From NCBI GenBank assembly GCA_963693365.1, contig CAVNZM010000010.1:8681794-8745793 (forward strand): 64,000 nt of DNA, given 5' to 3'. Shown here in pieces: positions 1-21,975 of the stretch. The translations under genes and the position numbers were made by a program. Positions within the stretch are counted from its first letter, which is position 1. Every line of letters begins with the position of its first letter. This DNA comes from Amoebidium appalachense. Lineage: Eukaryota > Protista > Ichthyosporea. The notes under the pieces are model-generated. The model was not told the DNA's origin and made no database searches. It saw nothing but the letters and a program-made list of their open reading frames with translations.

Positions 1-148
1 GCCCCCCCCCCCCCCCCCCCCCCCCCCTTTTTTTTTTTTTTTTTTTGGGTGTTTACATGTCCCTCCTGCGTTCCTCCTTGTCCACACACTTCGTTTCACA
101 TCGTGTTCTAACCATCCCACACTCCCCTTCCCATTCAATTACGATTGA

Positions 149-9327
<9,179 letters not shown>

Positions 9328-11033
9328 TGCATCCAGGAAAAAACGTTGTATGAATGAATAGTGTCTGTATATGCATGTATGTTCTCCTGAAAAATCTAGT
9401 GGGTGTATGCGACAATTATATTAGTAGACCTCTCGCACACTTCAGCCACACGCAAAGACAACTTCACAAGGTTCTTGAGGGATGTGGGGTACCCAAAGGT
9501 CAAATGCATGAATTTTTTTATAATATTAGTTATGTATATTAAAGTGATCTGTTGTTCACGGGGTCTCCCCCCAGATACCCTAGCTTCCTCTCATAGCTAC
9601 AAAAAATGTGACTTCCAGATAGCGGATAGGGGGTCTCAGTAATAGACTTTCTGCTAGGTTGGACTCAGTATGGCTTAACAGCATTGTCTTTGTCCCTCCT
9701 GTCTGCCCGGGACTTAGGCTCGAATCCCCAAGGTACACGGTGGTGCGTATATATATCCTGTAGTTTGGGGCTATGTTTAGCACCGTGGAGCTGCGACCCC
9801 CTTCTTTAGTGTGTGGCCGTGCTGGAAAGCGGAGTAAGCCATGCGTGCACACGAGGGACTGTGGTCGAATACGAATTCCCAAAACGGGGAATGACGACTG
9901 GGAATGCCATGGAAGGTCGGGGGATGGGTTGGGAAATTCACAGATATAGAGAGACTCAATTATGAACAAGCTGCATGAGTAGGTTCACACGTACGCACAT
10001 AGCTGGGCTGGTGCGAGCTAGCCAGCACGATGTTATTCTACGTGAACATGGCCACGTTCATCACTAGTGCATTGCTAGCACAGCCCGGCACTGATGCATG
10101 GCGTACCACAAGATGTGGTGCCACAATATTGCAGCTGCAAGCGTAGGTCACACAAGGATGTCCGGTTGAACCCACTTAAATGGATTGATGCAGACGCCCC
10201 ATGAGGGGCCTCTGTTCTGTTCGAAAGTCACCTCAAGGGTCTGTCCATCCTGGAGACCTACAGATGTGCACATGTTGATAGTTGATTTATCGTTGCAAGA
10301 TATTTGCCGGTCGCGGCTTCCTGATTATGATGTGATGCATTTATGGCACAGGTTCTGGCCGACTGAGCTCGAGTTGGTAGTCCGAAATTAGGCATACTAC
10401 TACTGCTGTATGCTGTATGCTAGATGTGGTGATGTTGGCCTAGTTGTTCAACTTCTTTCTGTACTCTACAATAGTTGACTCACTTTTTCTTTTCAGTTCG
10501 GTCCCGTTTTCAAAATACACCTGCCGCGTTGCACAGGCTTTATCCTGTGCCCAAGGTTGCTTCGTCCGTGCTCAACGGCCCAGGAGTGAGCACGACGAGA
10601 GGCACCACACCAACGCAACTTGAACCTGCTAGTTCTAAACTCAACCCACACAGAGGGCTGGAGTATTTCTTTAATAATCAGCAGCTAAAGGAGAGTATTT
10701 CAGTAGTCACTTTAAACAGCTTAGCTTATGTACGTGTCGGTCATGTTCAGCAGAACTAAACAAGTACTGTAACACCGACCCGAGGGGCGGACAACTATAC
10801 AGACGTTCACGGCAATCTAATCACAGGTAGGAGAAGGAGTTTGAATGTCACACTGTGCGTATCACAAGGCTTTCATGTTAAAAACCACTCTGCAAAGTTT
10901 ACAACATCTGTATAAGGTTAAAAAAGCTCCGAGTTGGGTGATGATGGAAAAGGTGATGGTCGGGTTTTCAGTTGGGTAGGTGCACGAGTGCAGGCTGGCT
11001 TGTTCGTTCAGACAAATTATCTTGTGCGCGCGT

Positions 11034-11414
11034 TCACCTGTAGAGCGAGGCCACCTGCAGGACAACGTCGCCACTCTCCTTGAGGTGTCTTTGCACGTCT
11101 CCCACACTCTCCGGCTTCTTCCCGTTCACCTCCACCACAATGTCCCCTATCCTAACCCCGGCCTTGCCCAAAGGCCCGTTTCTCCACACATACGTCACAA
11201 TGATGTCCCCGCGTCTGTCTTGTGTTTGTTGCAGCTGCAAACCCGTCAGGCGGTTCTCTCCGGCGCTGATCACGACCGCGCGTGTAATGAATTTTGGCTG
11301 GGTGAGGGCACTGGTGGCGTGGACGCCCACCGTGACGCGCGAATCAGTGACCATGTTTGGCACCATATGGACAAACAGCACGCTGTCCTTGGGTTCAAAA
11401 GAATCAAGACGAGA
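11034..11414 (-). CDS. PDZ-domain-containing exon (gene structure incomplete)
   Basis: Acceptor ctaattgtttAG, then SRLDSFEPKD...DIIVTYVWRNGPLGKAGVRIGDIVVEVNG...VVLQV, a typical PDZ C-terminal half (AGLxxGDxIxxVNG). Probable upstream exon 11568-11507; a possible donor (tacag|gtgaac) lies near 11038. Confidence 0.6.
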   Translation of the reverse strand, partial: SRLDSFEPKDSVLFVHMVPNMVTDSRVTVGVHATSALTQPKFITRAVVISAGENRLTGLQLQQTQDRRGDIIVTYVWRNGPLGKAGVRIGDIVVEVNGKKPESVGDVQRHLKESGDVVLQVASLYR

Positions 11415-13552
11415 CTAAACAATTAGAAAAAGACTTCTATATACACAACATGCCTCAGATCTTTCTCGTGAAAACCTAAAACAGCTGTGTTGCTCAGGTG
11501 GCGCACCTTTTGTGCCGGCCTCCTTGCCTCTGCGCAGGAGCCTGGACCCGGCGCGTCGCTCTCGACACCTGTTTTCGAAGAATTGAGTACAGGTGGAAGA
11601 GCCAGGTGCTGGTGATCGCGGATTATGGTTGGTTCAATATTGTAAATATTCTAGTGAGGTCTCATACCTCTAATAAAATAAGGATTTGGGGTGTTTTTGA
11701 AGAAATTAACTTTCAAATTACAAAATAGTCATATTCATAAGTACCGAGGATCTAAAAAGATTTGAACGGTGTTTGACTTAATTGTGGCGGAAGATTTGTG
11801 ATTGGTTAAGCTACCGTATAGATAAGAATACATATTCCTATTGGGTCAGTCCGTCATAGCATTTCGAAGTAATCAAAAAAGCTCTTATACTGCTTAGCTG
11901 CTAGATCTATTTGAAAAATGTATAAACCAATACAAAATACTATTATAATGAATGTGGGCACGCATCTTCTTGTTACTTGAACGTAGCCGTCGGAAGATTT
12001 TGCTGTGGCGTTGTCTACTAGGCAACAAGTGCATGGTGATTAGTTTAAAGTCATGACTCCAGTGCTACATCTGTTATGATTGGTTCTTGAGTGTACAATA
12101 AGCTCATCGTCGCATCCAATCACAAGTGGTAATGGCTCACCCAAGGCTCAAGCTTTTACAATTTTTTGGTTGCAAATGTTTTCTTTTGACTCGGGTTTAA
12201 TGATCCGTTGATGAAGGCAACGTGCAGCCACAGGCTACATAACTTACACCAGTTGCAAATTGGCAAGATTGCATACAAGTCAGAATAGCCAATATTATCC
12301 ATATGCTGTACCCATGAACTACAAATTAATATTTTGTACAATAACTACGATTAAAATTCTGAATTTCCGGAAAAAGTAGTTTTGATAAAGGGGACGTTCT
12401 CCCTTCTAGGAGGTATTTTGCTATAGCTTGCGGGATCGCCATCCGTTTTCACGTGCACAGCTACAAAACACGTGTAAAAGGAACTACGAGTGCTCATAGG
12501 CTACATCTGTTGTGCTCAAGCTCCATTCTGACCTGACACCTGAAGTTTCATTTTTGTAGTGAGGCTTCGAAAATAAAACACGCTGAGACTCCCCTTTGCG
12601 TGTGGTGTTCATCCCCTTTGCCTATGAATAGATGTTGGGGTGACCATCAGGCTCCATATATACATTTCCAGGCCGGGGAAAGGGAGACATGCTTGCTCTC
12701 GCCAGTCGAACGTTTAATCGCTTTGAAATAGAACCCCAATGAAAAGAGGCAGCAGGTCTCATGATCAGCATCGTGCAAGAACATAGCAGGAGTGGGCCTC
12801 TGGATCCCGTTGGCCTTGAATTGTACTTGCGTTTCGCCGCGACACCAGGACCAGCTGCCATTTGCGCGTGGTTCGTCAACTGTGACAGTAGAAGTTGCTG
12901 TGCTAAACTAAGCTTTGGTGGGTTTGGTTGATTTTCACTAGAGAGTAATCAGATGCGCGAGTAGGGCTAGGACATCAATATTTTTTGCGCCGGGCCGACA
13001 AGCCTGGAGGTGGCGTCTCGAACGGACCGGTGGTGCTCAGATGTAGGCGGCCCTCCTCCAGCTGGTACTTAGCCGGAAAGATCGTATCTTGGCCGTTAGG
13101 TCGGATCTAGGGGTGTTCTGTTATGTGTGCATCAGGCACAAGTGGCTACAAGAGCATTCTATTGAAATGACCTCGAATACGTTCACCGAGCTGAATCCCA
13201 ACTGTAGTACTAAAGTAGCCCACAAGGCTCGGTCGAAAGTGTGCCCTACATTCGTGCACACGATCGAGCGATGTTGACCTCGAATGCATTCCATTCACCG
13301 ATCATCCACACCAAGACCACACAGCTTGACAGTGACTTACATACAACTTGCCATGAACACCAGAGGCTTTGCCAAAAGTAAGCAAGTGCAGACACTCTGC
13401 CCGCACGGTCACCAAGGAACTTCAACCACCCCCCCCCTCCCTCAGCCCCCCCCCCCTCCCCCCCCCCCCCGGCTCCATAGCATCAGTACTAAGGCGTAAA
13501 ACAACTGAGAGTTCTATATCCAGATTTCCATCGATACCTAGGAATAATACAG

Positions 13553-14061
13553 CTACTTCTTCTTGCTCTTGCCCTTGCCCTTGCCCTTGTTGAGGGCCTT
13601 GACAACCTCCTTCTGCTGCGCCTTTGCCTCCTTCTTCTCATCGCCCAGCCGTGTGCACTCGTCCTTGTGGCCGGCCTTCCAGTGCACCAGCTGGCAGTCC
13701 TTGTTGCAGTACAGAGCCACCTGGCAGCCCCCACAGCGCTTGAACCCCACGGCCGGGCTCTCGGGCTTGCCGCAGGCACTGCACTGGGGCCAGGCCGTGG
13801 CTACGGTGCTGCTGGCCCGGTACTCGGCCCGTGACAGCCCGGCTGCTGCCCCTGTCTGTGCAGAGTGCCCGTGCCCGCTGCAACCCCCTGCACACAGTCG
13901 AGCACCCGTCAGGCAGAAATCTTAAGGAGCATTACACCTATTTTGCAGAAAAGAACAAAAGAAACTCCTACCAAAAAAAGAGGGCCCCCCCTCCTCCCCC
14001 CCTCCCCCCCCCCCCCCACCACACACATACCCACACACACAATCACATGTGTGATGCGCGT

Positions 14062-14117
<56 letters not shown>

Positions 14118-14680
14118 CAAACGCGAACTCCTACTTTTCTTCCCGGATGCTCTTCCGTCCTATCGATACCACTTTACATCGCAGAAGGCCATACGGGCCG
14201 AACCCACTGCAAATCTATTTTAGAAGACGGCAGGAAAAGAAGTGTGCGTGTGCAGAACCTTCTCCCACCAGACCACGGTTGTTCATGCGGTAGAATATAA
14301 CATACAAATGCGAAAGACATCTATCAAACCCTCAAAATCAGCATTCTTGAGCACACAGTCAGAGAGATTTTTGGAAAAAAAAGGTTTCACCTGTGGCGTG
14401 CTTTAAGAGAAATGTAGCGTGCTTACTGCCACATATATGCCTACCTGGCCCGTCATGACTGTGCCCATGGTCGTTTCCACTGTGACTGTGCCCATGGTCA
14501 TTACCATCATGGCTATGTCCATGATCATTACGACCGTGGCTGTGCCCATGGTCATTACCACCGTGGCTGTGGCCGTGGTCGTTGCCGTCGTGTGAGTGGC
14601 TGTGCCCACACCCTGACTCGTCGTGGGCATCGGGAAACAGCGATGACAGCTTTGCTGTTGGAGGTATAGGCAGGGGGGAA

Positions 14681-14730
<50 letters not shown>

Positions 14731-15900
14731 AGGAAAGAAGGAATCGGTGGGGGGGGGGAGCGGGGAAGGGTGGAGGGGGGCCAGGGCGGGGTGGGTAGTG
14801 GGGGGGGGAACGGGGGTCGAGGTTAATATCTTATGTAAGGAACAGTGGTGCACACCCCAGAAACAGAGTGTAGAGTGTCACAACCTAAAGCTCAAATAAA
14901 AGACATCAGATAAGAAATACACACCTACAAAAACATACGAGAGACCTCGTACCAACAACTTGTCAGCAAGCACCCATGCCACCCATTTACACCACAACAA
15001 TGTACCTGGTCGTGTTCCGGGCAGCTTTGAGCCACAATGTTGGAGCATTTGCAGTGCATCCTTGGCCATACGACTCACGATGGTGCTCTTGGACCGCAAC
15101 AACAGCCTCACTGCAGGTAGCACGCTCTCAAGCACAACATCGCTCAGCGCCTCGGCAGCTGCAGCAGATGGGTCGTCGTTGAAGATAGCCGTGTGGGCTA
15201 CAAGCGTCTGGCCAAGCAGGCACACAAAACGAAGCGACAGCTCTGAGTAGAGCACCTCCATAGGCACGGCCACCTTGCCCTCCTGCTTGTAGAACTTGAG
15301 GGTTAGCCGGCTGTCAACCAGCAGCTTGGCCACCAGGCGAAGGGTGGCCGGTGAGAAGATGGTGGGGCACAGCGCGGCTATTTCTTTTTCATCGTCAAGC
15401 AAGTCTGCTTGTGCTGCTAGCTCTGCCAGCCCCTTTACAGCCATAAGACGCACACCGATGGGGTATGTTTCTGCGAGGTAGTTGGCGAAAAAGGCAACCA
15501 TGTCGTCGTTATTTATCATCCTGACGCGGTTGTCGTTGTTCATGGCCACCTCTGCCAGTGCGTGCACACACAACGTGAAACATTCGACCTCGTTTGGCTT
15601 ACCCTCACACGCAGCAGCCGCCTTCTTGAGTGCCGGCACCACCCCTAGGTCATATAGACCCTGCATGTAGCCCTCGTTGCTAGCCAAGCTGCAGAGTAGC
15701 TTCCAGTCAGCCCCTTTTGGTAAATCCTCCGCTGCATTTACATTTTCTATTGCCTTTTTGCACTTGTGTGCTGGGAGGGGTGGGTCGTTCTGCCTTCCCC
15801 CGACTATCTCTTGGTATATCCGTGCTTGTTCGTTCGCCGGCAGCTTGTCAAAATCTTTGAACACACTTTGCGCCATGGCGCTAAAGGACTTCATATCCAT
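13553..15900 (-). CDS. 3-exon protein: helical ARM-like region, His-rich repeat, C-terminal MYND zinc finger
   Basis: Exons 15900-15006, 14654-14445 and 13887-13553 join in phase. The last exon encodes CSACGK...KRCGGCQVALYCNKDCQLVHWKAGHKDEC (MYND). Exon 2 encodes (xx-N-D-H-G-H-S-H)x5. The ARM-like call for exon 1 rests on Leu/Ala/Val periodicity only. Confidence 0.8.
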
Positions 15901-16322
15901 TTTTAGCCTATAGATATAAGACTTCTCTATACTATTACACTACAGAGTCTTCTATACTAATATACTACAGTACCCAGAGGAACGTCTCGAAACTTTCGGT
16001 TGTTATGTTGTCTGGCGTGGCCTCCTGGCCTTGCCTGGCTGAATTTGACTGGTGTAGCCTAATTCTGCGCGCGCAAATTCCACAATCCAATGGTTAACTT
16101 GAAAATTTACAAGGCTTTACAAATTTGCTGGATAAGGGAATTAGTAAAGTACCACAACATTTGCCTGAATTTATGTCGTTGCTGCCAAAGACGGCCATCG
16201 GAAAGACGAGTGTCCTGCCAGTCTTGCCTGGTTATGCCCTCTAGCAAAAGGATCTACCTTTCATAGTTTTTCCCTTGAAAAATAAGAGCAACTTTTGAGT
16301 TAGCTGGAAAGCCAACTTCAAC
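15901..16322. promoter_or_regulatory. Probable bidirectional promoter between divergent start codons
   Basis: 422-bp microsatellite-free spacer between ATG 15900 (-) and ATG 16323 (+); CCAAT near 16087. Confidence 0.45.
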
Positions 16323-18152
16323 ATGGACGCTATCTTCGGCTATGACTCGTCCTCCGAGGATGAAAAGGCCCCCCCCGCACCACCACCCAAACCCATCACC
16401 CCACCCCAACCCACACAGCCTACGCAAACCTCCAAGCCAAAACTTCCGCCACCCTCGCAGGTGCTTGGCAAGGTAGCAAAGAGCACGATAGTAAACACAA
16501 AGTTTGCCAGCCAGTGGGACGAGTTGCCTGTGTCCCATGCAGCACAAAAGAGAAAGGCGGAAGAGCTGGAGAAGGAGAAGGCAGCTTTGACCGGCAAATA
16601 TGTAGAAAGTGGGTATCCTCCCTGCTGCCCAGGCCACTTTGACACACGTGTATTAATATCTGTCTTTCTTGCTTTTGTGTCGAGACTGATTGGCTTTGTG
16701 TTTCATTTCCCCCTGTCACAAGACGTATTTCTAATAGTTTTATTTTTATTTTCTTTGGGAGGAAGGCGGGCAGGCCGAGGGGGGGAAGGGGGGGGGGAAG
16801 TGGGGGGAGGTAGAACGGTGGGCAAGGTGAGGCAAGGTGGGTGAAAAGGTGGGGGGTTGGGGGATGGAGGGAGACAGTGAAGGGAACGATGGATAAGATG
16901 TACGGAATGCAGTTGCAGAAAAGGGGAGGGGGGGGGGGGGGGGGGGGAGGGGGGGGGGGGGGGGGGGGCAGTAAACGAAGTGCAACTGCATCCCAGCTTT
17001 ACCCGATCAATGAACGGCGTGAAGGTATGTTTTATTCTGTTTGGAGGGGGTGGGGGTGTGGGGTTTTTGGGGGGGAGGGGGACGGGGGTAGGCTTTTTCT
17101 GTGTGTGTTTGGGGGGGGGGGGCTTACATACTCTTTTCATATGCTTTTCCGTCCGTTTTTTGTGGGGAGTATCGTTCAAGAGACACCTATGGGGCCTCTC
17201 TCTCTCTCTCCCCCCCCCCCCCTCCCCCTCCCCCCTCCCTCCCTCCCTTCCTCCCTCCCTCACTCCCTCTCTCTCCGCTCTCTTTCTCCTTCCGTCCCTC
17301 CTTCCCTCCCTCCCTCGCTCCCTCTCTCCCTTTCTCTCTCTCGTCCCTCCGTTCCTCCGTCCTTCCTCCCTTTCTTTCTTTCCTTCTAGATCGTTCGCTG
17401 TCTCTTTCTCTCTTGCAACCTCCCCCCCCACCTCCCCCCTCCTCTCTTTATGGCTCCCTGTCCTCCCCACCTCGCCTTCCTCCCCCTCTCTCCTGGCTTG
17501 TGCAATACACTGCTTCGTCCTTTGCCTGGGGTTAATCCTCTCAAATGCCTACCCTGCCCCTCCCCTCCCTCCCCCCACCCGCCGCCCACTTCTCTGCACA
17601 CTCACGCGCACACGTGCCTGTGTGCACACACGTACTAAAAATGTGCGACACTTTTGAGTACCCTTGCATCATCCCACTCTCCAAGGATCCCACTTGCCAA
17701 GTGTGCTCGATCCTTTTTTCATCTTCTAGTCCTTTTATGAACTAACCGTCTGCCCCCCCCCCCCCCCCCCCCCCCCCACCTCCCCCCCGCCCCAACACAC
17801 ACAAACACACACACACACACCTCGATTCCCGATCCCCAATCCCCTCCCTCCCCCCCCCCCCCCCCCCCCCCCCCCCCCATACACACACACACACCCTTCC
17901 ACCGTTCCCTCCTCAGTCCCCCCACCAGCAGCTGAGCTCCTTGAAGCCGAAAAGGCCAAAGCAGCCGAGGCCCTTGAACTGTTGAAGAGTGAAGCCAAAC
18001 GGCCCAAAGTGGAGAAGGAGGTGGAAACCTTTCAGCAGAAGGAAAAGAGGAAGAGAGATGCAGGGCAGGCCAGCAGGGCCAAGAACTATGTGGAGGAGGA
18101 GAAGAGGATACTGAGAGAGGCAGGTGCAGGTGGGGGGTTTGGCTTCGACTGA
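16323..18152 (+). CDS. Small conserved protein, UPF0690/C1orf52-like
   Basis: Exon 16323-16608 (MDAIFGYDSSSEDE...KLPPPSQVL) splices in phase to 17917-18152, giving KYVEIPPPAA...ETFQQKEKRKRDAGQASRAKNYVEEEKRILRE...FGFD*. Family assigned from remembered motif similarity. Confidence 0.65.
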
Positions 18153-19176
18153 GTGGGTGTGGGTGTGCCAGGCTCACATACAGTGCAGGGTTGAGTAGAG
18201 AAGGATGGCTGCTCATGTGGTGGGACGTGTGTCCTGTCTGACTTGCAACTTCCTTTACACGATTTTTTTAATTGGCATGCGCACACACAGGTACACAGAA
18301 GCACAATGCATGGGCCCACACTTACACACAGGAAACTAATTATAGCGCCAAATATAGCCATCCCCGTAGGTGTGTGCACGTGGATGAATGACCTTGTTGA
18401 TTAGAATGTCGTCACACCACACCGAATGTATTAGCCCGGGCAGTTTGCTGGTTGTAGCAGTTCTGAATGTATGTCACCCCAAAAAAAAAAAAAAAAAAAA
18501 AAAAGATTTGATAATCCACACTTTCTGCACATAACAACCAGTTGCACACCGGTCTTTTTCTTAGATTGCACGTAATTTTTTCTTAGTTTGCCGAATTTTA
18601 GCTACCACAGGGGTTATTCTTTCGATAAGAAAAAGGCATGCAAATTCTCTGTCATGTTGTGGCCTTAACAAAAAACTTTGAAAATTCGAATAAACTGCAC
18701 AGTCTGAGGAGGCAACCCATAACACATGTACAAGACCTGATGTTAGGTCCACATACCCGCCACCGTACGATTTGCGTGATCGTGATCCGGATCCCGTGAC
18801 CCGGTGTTTTTGGGGTGCATGCACTCTCATGGCATTGTGTTGGCCATGGCACACCAGCATTCAGTTGTGACGTGGGGCACATGCGTGCAGCCATCAGGGG
18901 TCGCCGACCTCTGGACCGTGTACGGGGCAGTGTGCACGTGCATTGCATGCATATTTGGGGGATATCGATGAATATCATTTCTTGGTGACAACTTATTACT
19001 ATGACCAACCCCTTTTGAAACTTCGAAGTTGGCGCAATCATAGTCTGCAAGGGTGCTGACGTCATCACTGACCGCCATGGGGCCTGCGGTAACCATCGTA
19101 GACTGCCTGTGTGTGTCGTTTCCAAGTTTTGCGTAAGCTCCCCTTCAGTTTTTCAGACTACTCTATATAGCTATAC

Positions 19177-20409
19177 ATGTATGATGCCTGTGCTGTAGTA
19201 TATAACATGCCAGACCCACCTGAGGTGCTGGGGCATGCTGACCCCCCGGAGGTATTGGGGCACGTTGAATGGGGAGTAGACGAGCTTGAGCGCGTAGGCG
19301 AACTTCTGAGTAACTTAGACCCACCCTTGTTAGGGGACCCACTCACACTATCACCTTATACACTCAGGAAGGCAAACACCTTTCTCAAGCAAGTGGACGT
19401 GCCAAACAGTGTTAACGCCCAGTTTCAATATGTGAGGACGGACTCTGATGATGACGACTGGGAGGGTTGTGACGGTGGGGATGCGAGTGCTAGCGAATCG
19501 GATGATAGTGAGGGGAACAAACACACGAAGAAAAAGAGAGCTCGGTTGCAAACTCCTGTTGGGGGAGTGTGCTGTGTGCCACATTGCAATGGTAACTATA
19601 ACAAAGAAAATAAGGTATCCGCGTTTAAGTTTCCTAACCCCGACAGTAAACGGATTGTGAGTGACGAAATCAGAGAGCAGATACGTAAACAGTTTGAAAC
19701 ATGGAAACAATCGATCGGACGTGATTGGCCCCCAAACTATAAATTCAGTGCAGCACGGGTCTGTGAAAGGCACTTCCATGAATCTTGCATCAAAGTTGGG
19801 CCACGGAAGAAGACGCTTCTTAAAGGTTCAAACCCAACAATATTCCCGAGACCACGAAAAAAACCGAACACTGACACCAACAGTTTACAACGACCCGGCC
19901 CGGAAGAGAGGAGGGAGGAACAGGCCGAACGGAGACGTTTGTATGAGCAGCAGCAGGAGTTAAGTTCTCGGGTCACTCTTTCTGGGCTGGTTGAAAGAGG
20001 GGCAGAGTACTGTAGTCTACATCCCGGGTGGAGTGCACGGCAGACACCAGACATGTCCACTTGCATCTTCTGGAAACATGGACTCGTTTTTGACTTCATC
20101 CACCAGAGTTTTGTCCCTGCAGTGCTGGCGGCGATTTATTTCACGGAAGTGGAATCAACGGTCAACGTGTCTGTTTGTCTATACGACCACACGGTGCAGC
20201 CAGTGCAGTTAGACCCCACCGTCGGTCGCAAAGACACCCCTTCTACTATTCTTTCGCTGCCACTCAACCCCCGCACCACTTTTTCACTGCCGTCCTCTAT
20301 CGTTACTACCATACGCCGAGATGGACCACACAAGAATCCGAAATGGACCGATGTGCCCGAATATTTTGCACTTGCAGAGAGTAGGGTGTTAACGCAATTG
20401 GAGAAATAG
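19177..20409 (+). CDS. Intronless THAP zinc-finger protein, probably DNA-transposon-derived, with no recognisable catalytic core
   Basis: 410-aa ORF with CCVPHC...FKFP...W...VCERHF...LLKGSNPTIFP (THAP C2CH plus AVPTIF-like box), followed by a basic/coiled-coil stretch. Confidence 0.8.
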   Translation: MYDACAVVYNMPDPPEVLGHADPPEVLGHVEWGVDELERVGELLSNLDPPLLGDPLTLSPYTLRKANTFLKQVDVPNSVNAQFQYVRTDSDDDDWEGCDGGDASASESDDSEGNKHTKKKRARLQTPVGGVCCVPHCNGNYNKENKVSAFKFPNPDSKRIVSDEIREQIRKQFETWKQSIGRDWPPNYKFSAARVCERHFHESCIKVGPRKKTLLKGSNPTIFPRPRKKPNTDTNSLQRPGPEERREEQAERRRLYEQQQELSSRVTLSGLVERGAEYCSLHPGWSARQTPDMSTCIFWKHGLVFDFIHQSFVPAVLAAIYFTEVESTVNVSVCLYDHTVQPVQLDPTVGRKDTPSTILSLPLNPRTTFSLPSSIVTTIRRDGPHKNPKWTDVPEYFALAESRVLTQLEK

Positions 20410-20864
20410 AACAGGTTTTTCTAAAGGCCGTGTTCCCGAAGACGATAGCACAAGCGAGTACTGAGATGTGTAATCATAGACAGCTTGCAAGTATGACCGT
20501 GTATGGCATATTAAGGCTTCCATTTCTGGGGCCAACCAAATTAGTAAAGGCAGTGCCGAAGCTTCCGTGCCCACAAGTGGAACAAACGTTTCGCTGTTGT
20601 TGTGAAGGTGTGCAGATGTGCTCTGTGTGTGATGCAATATTCTGTTTGTATGTGTGTGGGCAGGTGTGCATGTGCCTGTGGGTGTGGGTGTTTTTTTTTT
20701 TTCGCTTTTTTTTTGGGGGGGGGGGGAGGGAGGAGGGGAGGGGGGGGGGGGGGGGGGGGGGACGGAAGACATACACGTGTGTGCGCATGTGCGCATCCGT
20801 GTTCTGGGGTCTGTGTCGTGGTTTGCTCGTGGGTGTACAAGGATTGTGTGTTGCCTGTACATTG

Positions 20865-20896
<32 letters not shown>

Positions 20897-21403
20897 CCAC
20901 TATGTCACGTGTGTGTGAGCAAACGTACATTGATGTACACACACACATAGTGGAGCGCACGCGCGACCATATACAAGAGAAGGTAACACAGACAATTCCA
21001 CACATGAAAGAACACTCGAGCATATCACGCATTCTTGTGTGGCCCATGGCCACAGGTCCACATATATTGCACCGGGCTAAGTACCTGGGCACAGTGACTT
21101 ATAACTCAGTCTGTAGCTACTACATTTGGACACCCGGTTCTCATACCACATACCCTGCCTTTAGTAAGTTTTGCATCAGATTCTTGCCGTTGTTCTTTTT
21201 GTAGCAATTTTTTTTGGTACCCAACAAACGATAAATTGGTATATGATAACGGCCGTAGTTCCAACTGAAAGAGATGCCGATAATCATATACAGGAGGTAT
21301 CCCCCCCCCCCCCCCCCACCACCACCACCACCCCACCCCCGGCGCGGAATCCGACCCGGGCCTGCGCCTTACCACTAATTAGGCATTTCAATGATGCCAT
21401 CAC

Positions 21404-21484
<81 letters not shown>

Positions 21485-21926
21485 ATGTGTGTGTCGGACA
21501 AATTGTGCGTCACGGTGTCTTGTCACAGTTGTGTGTGTGTATCGTGTGTGTGTGTTGTGTGTGTGCACGTGTGTGTGTGCGCGCGCGTGCGTGTGTGTGT
21601 GTCGGACAAATTATGTGTCTTGTGTGTGTGTGTGTACCGTGTGTGTGTTGTGTGTGTACACGTGTGTGCGTGTGTGTGTGTGTGTGTGTATGTGTGTGCG
21701 TGTGTGTGTGTGGGTGTGGGTGTGTGTGGGTGTGGGTGTGGGCCGGGTGTGTGGATGTGTGTGTGTTGTGTTTTATGCATGTGTCACATGTATATGTGTG
21801 TGTCTTTGTGTGACTGTGTGTGATACCGGTGTACACGTGTGTGTGTGTGGGGCCCGGGGTGGGTGGGTGGGTGCACGTGCACGTCACGTGGGTGCGTGAG
21901 TGCGTGGGTACGGCGTGCGTGTGTCA

Positions 21927-21975
<49 letters not shown>

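Noticed and set aside
16972-17024. Extra AG/GT-bounded 53-nt exon (INEVQLHPSFTRSMNGVK) in the UPF0690-like gene
   Set aside because: Inclusion breaks the phase with 17917, while direct splicing gives a sensible VEIPPP. At most a poison exon, with no evidence.
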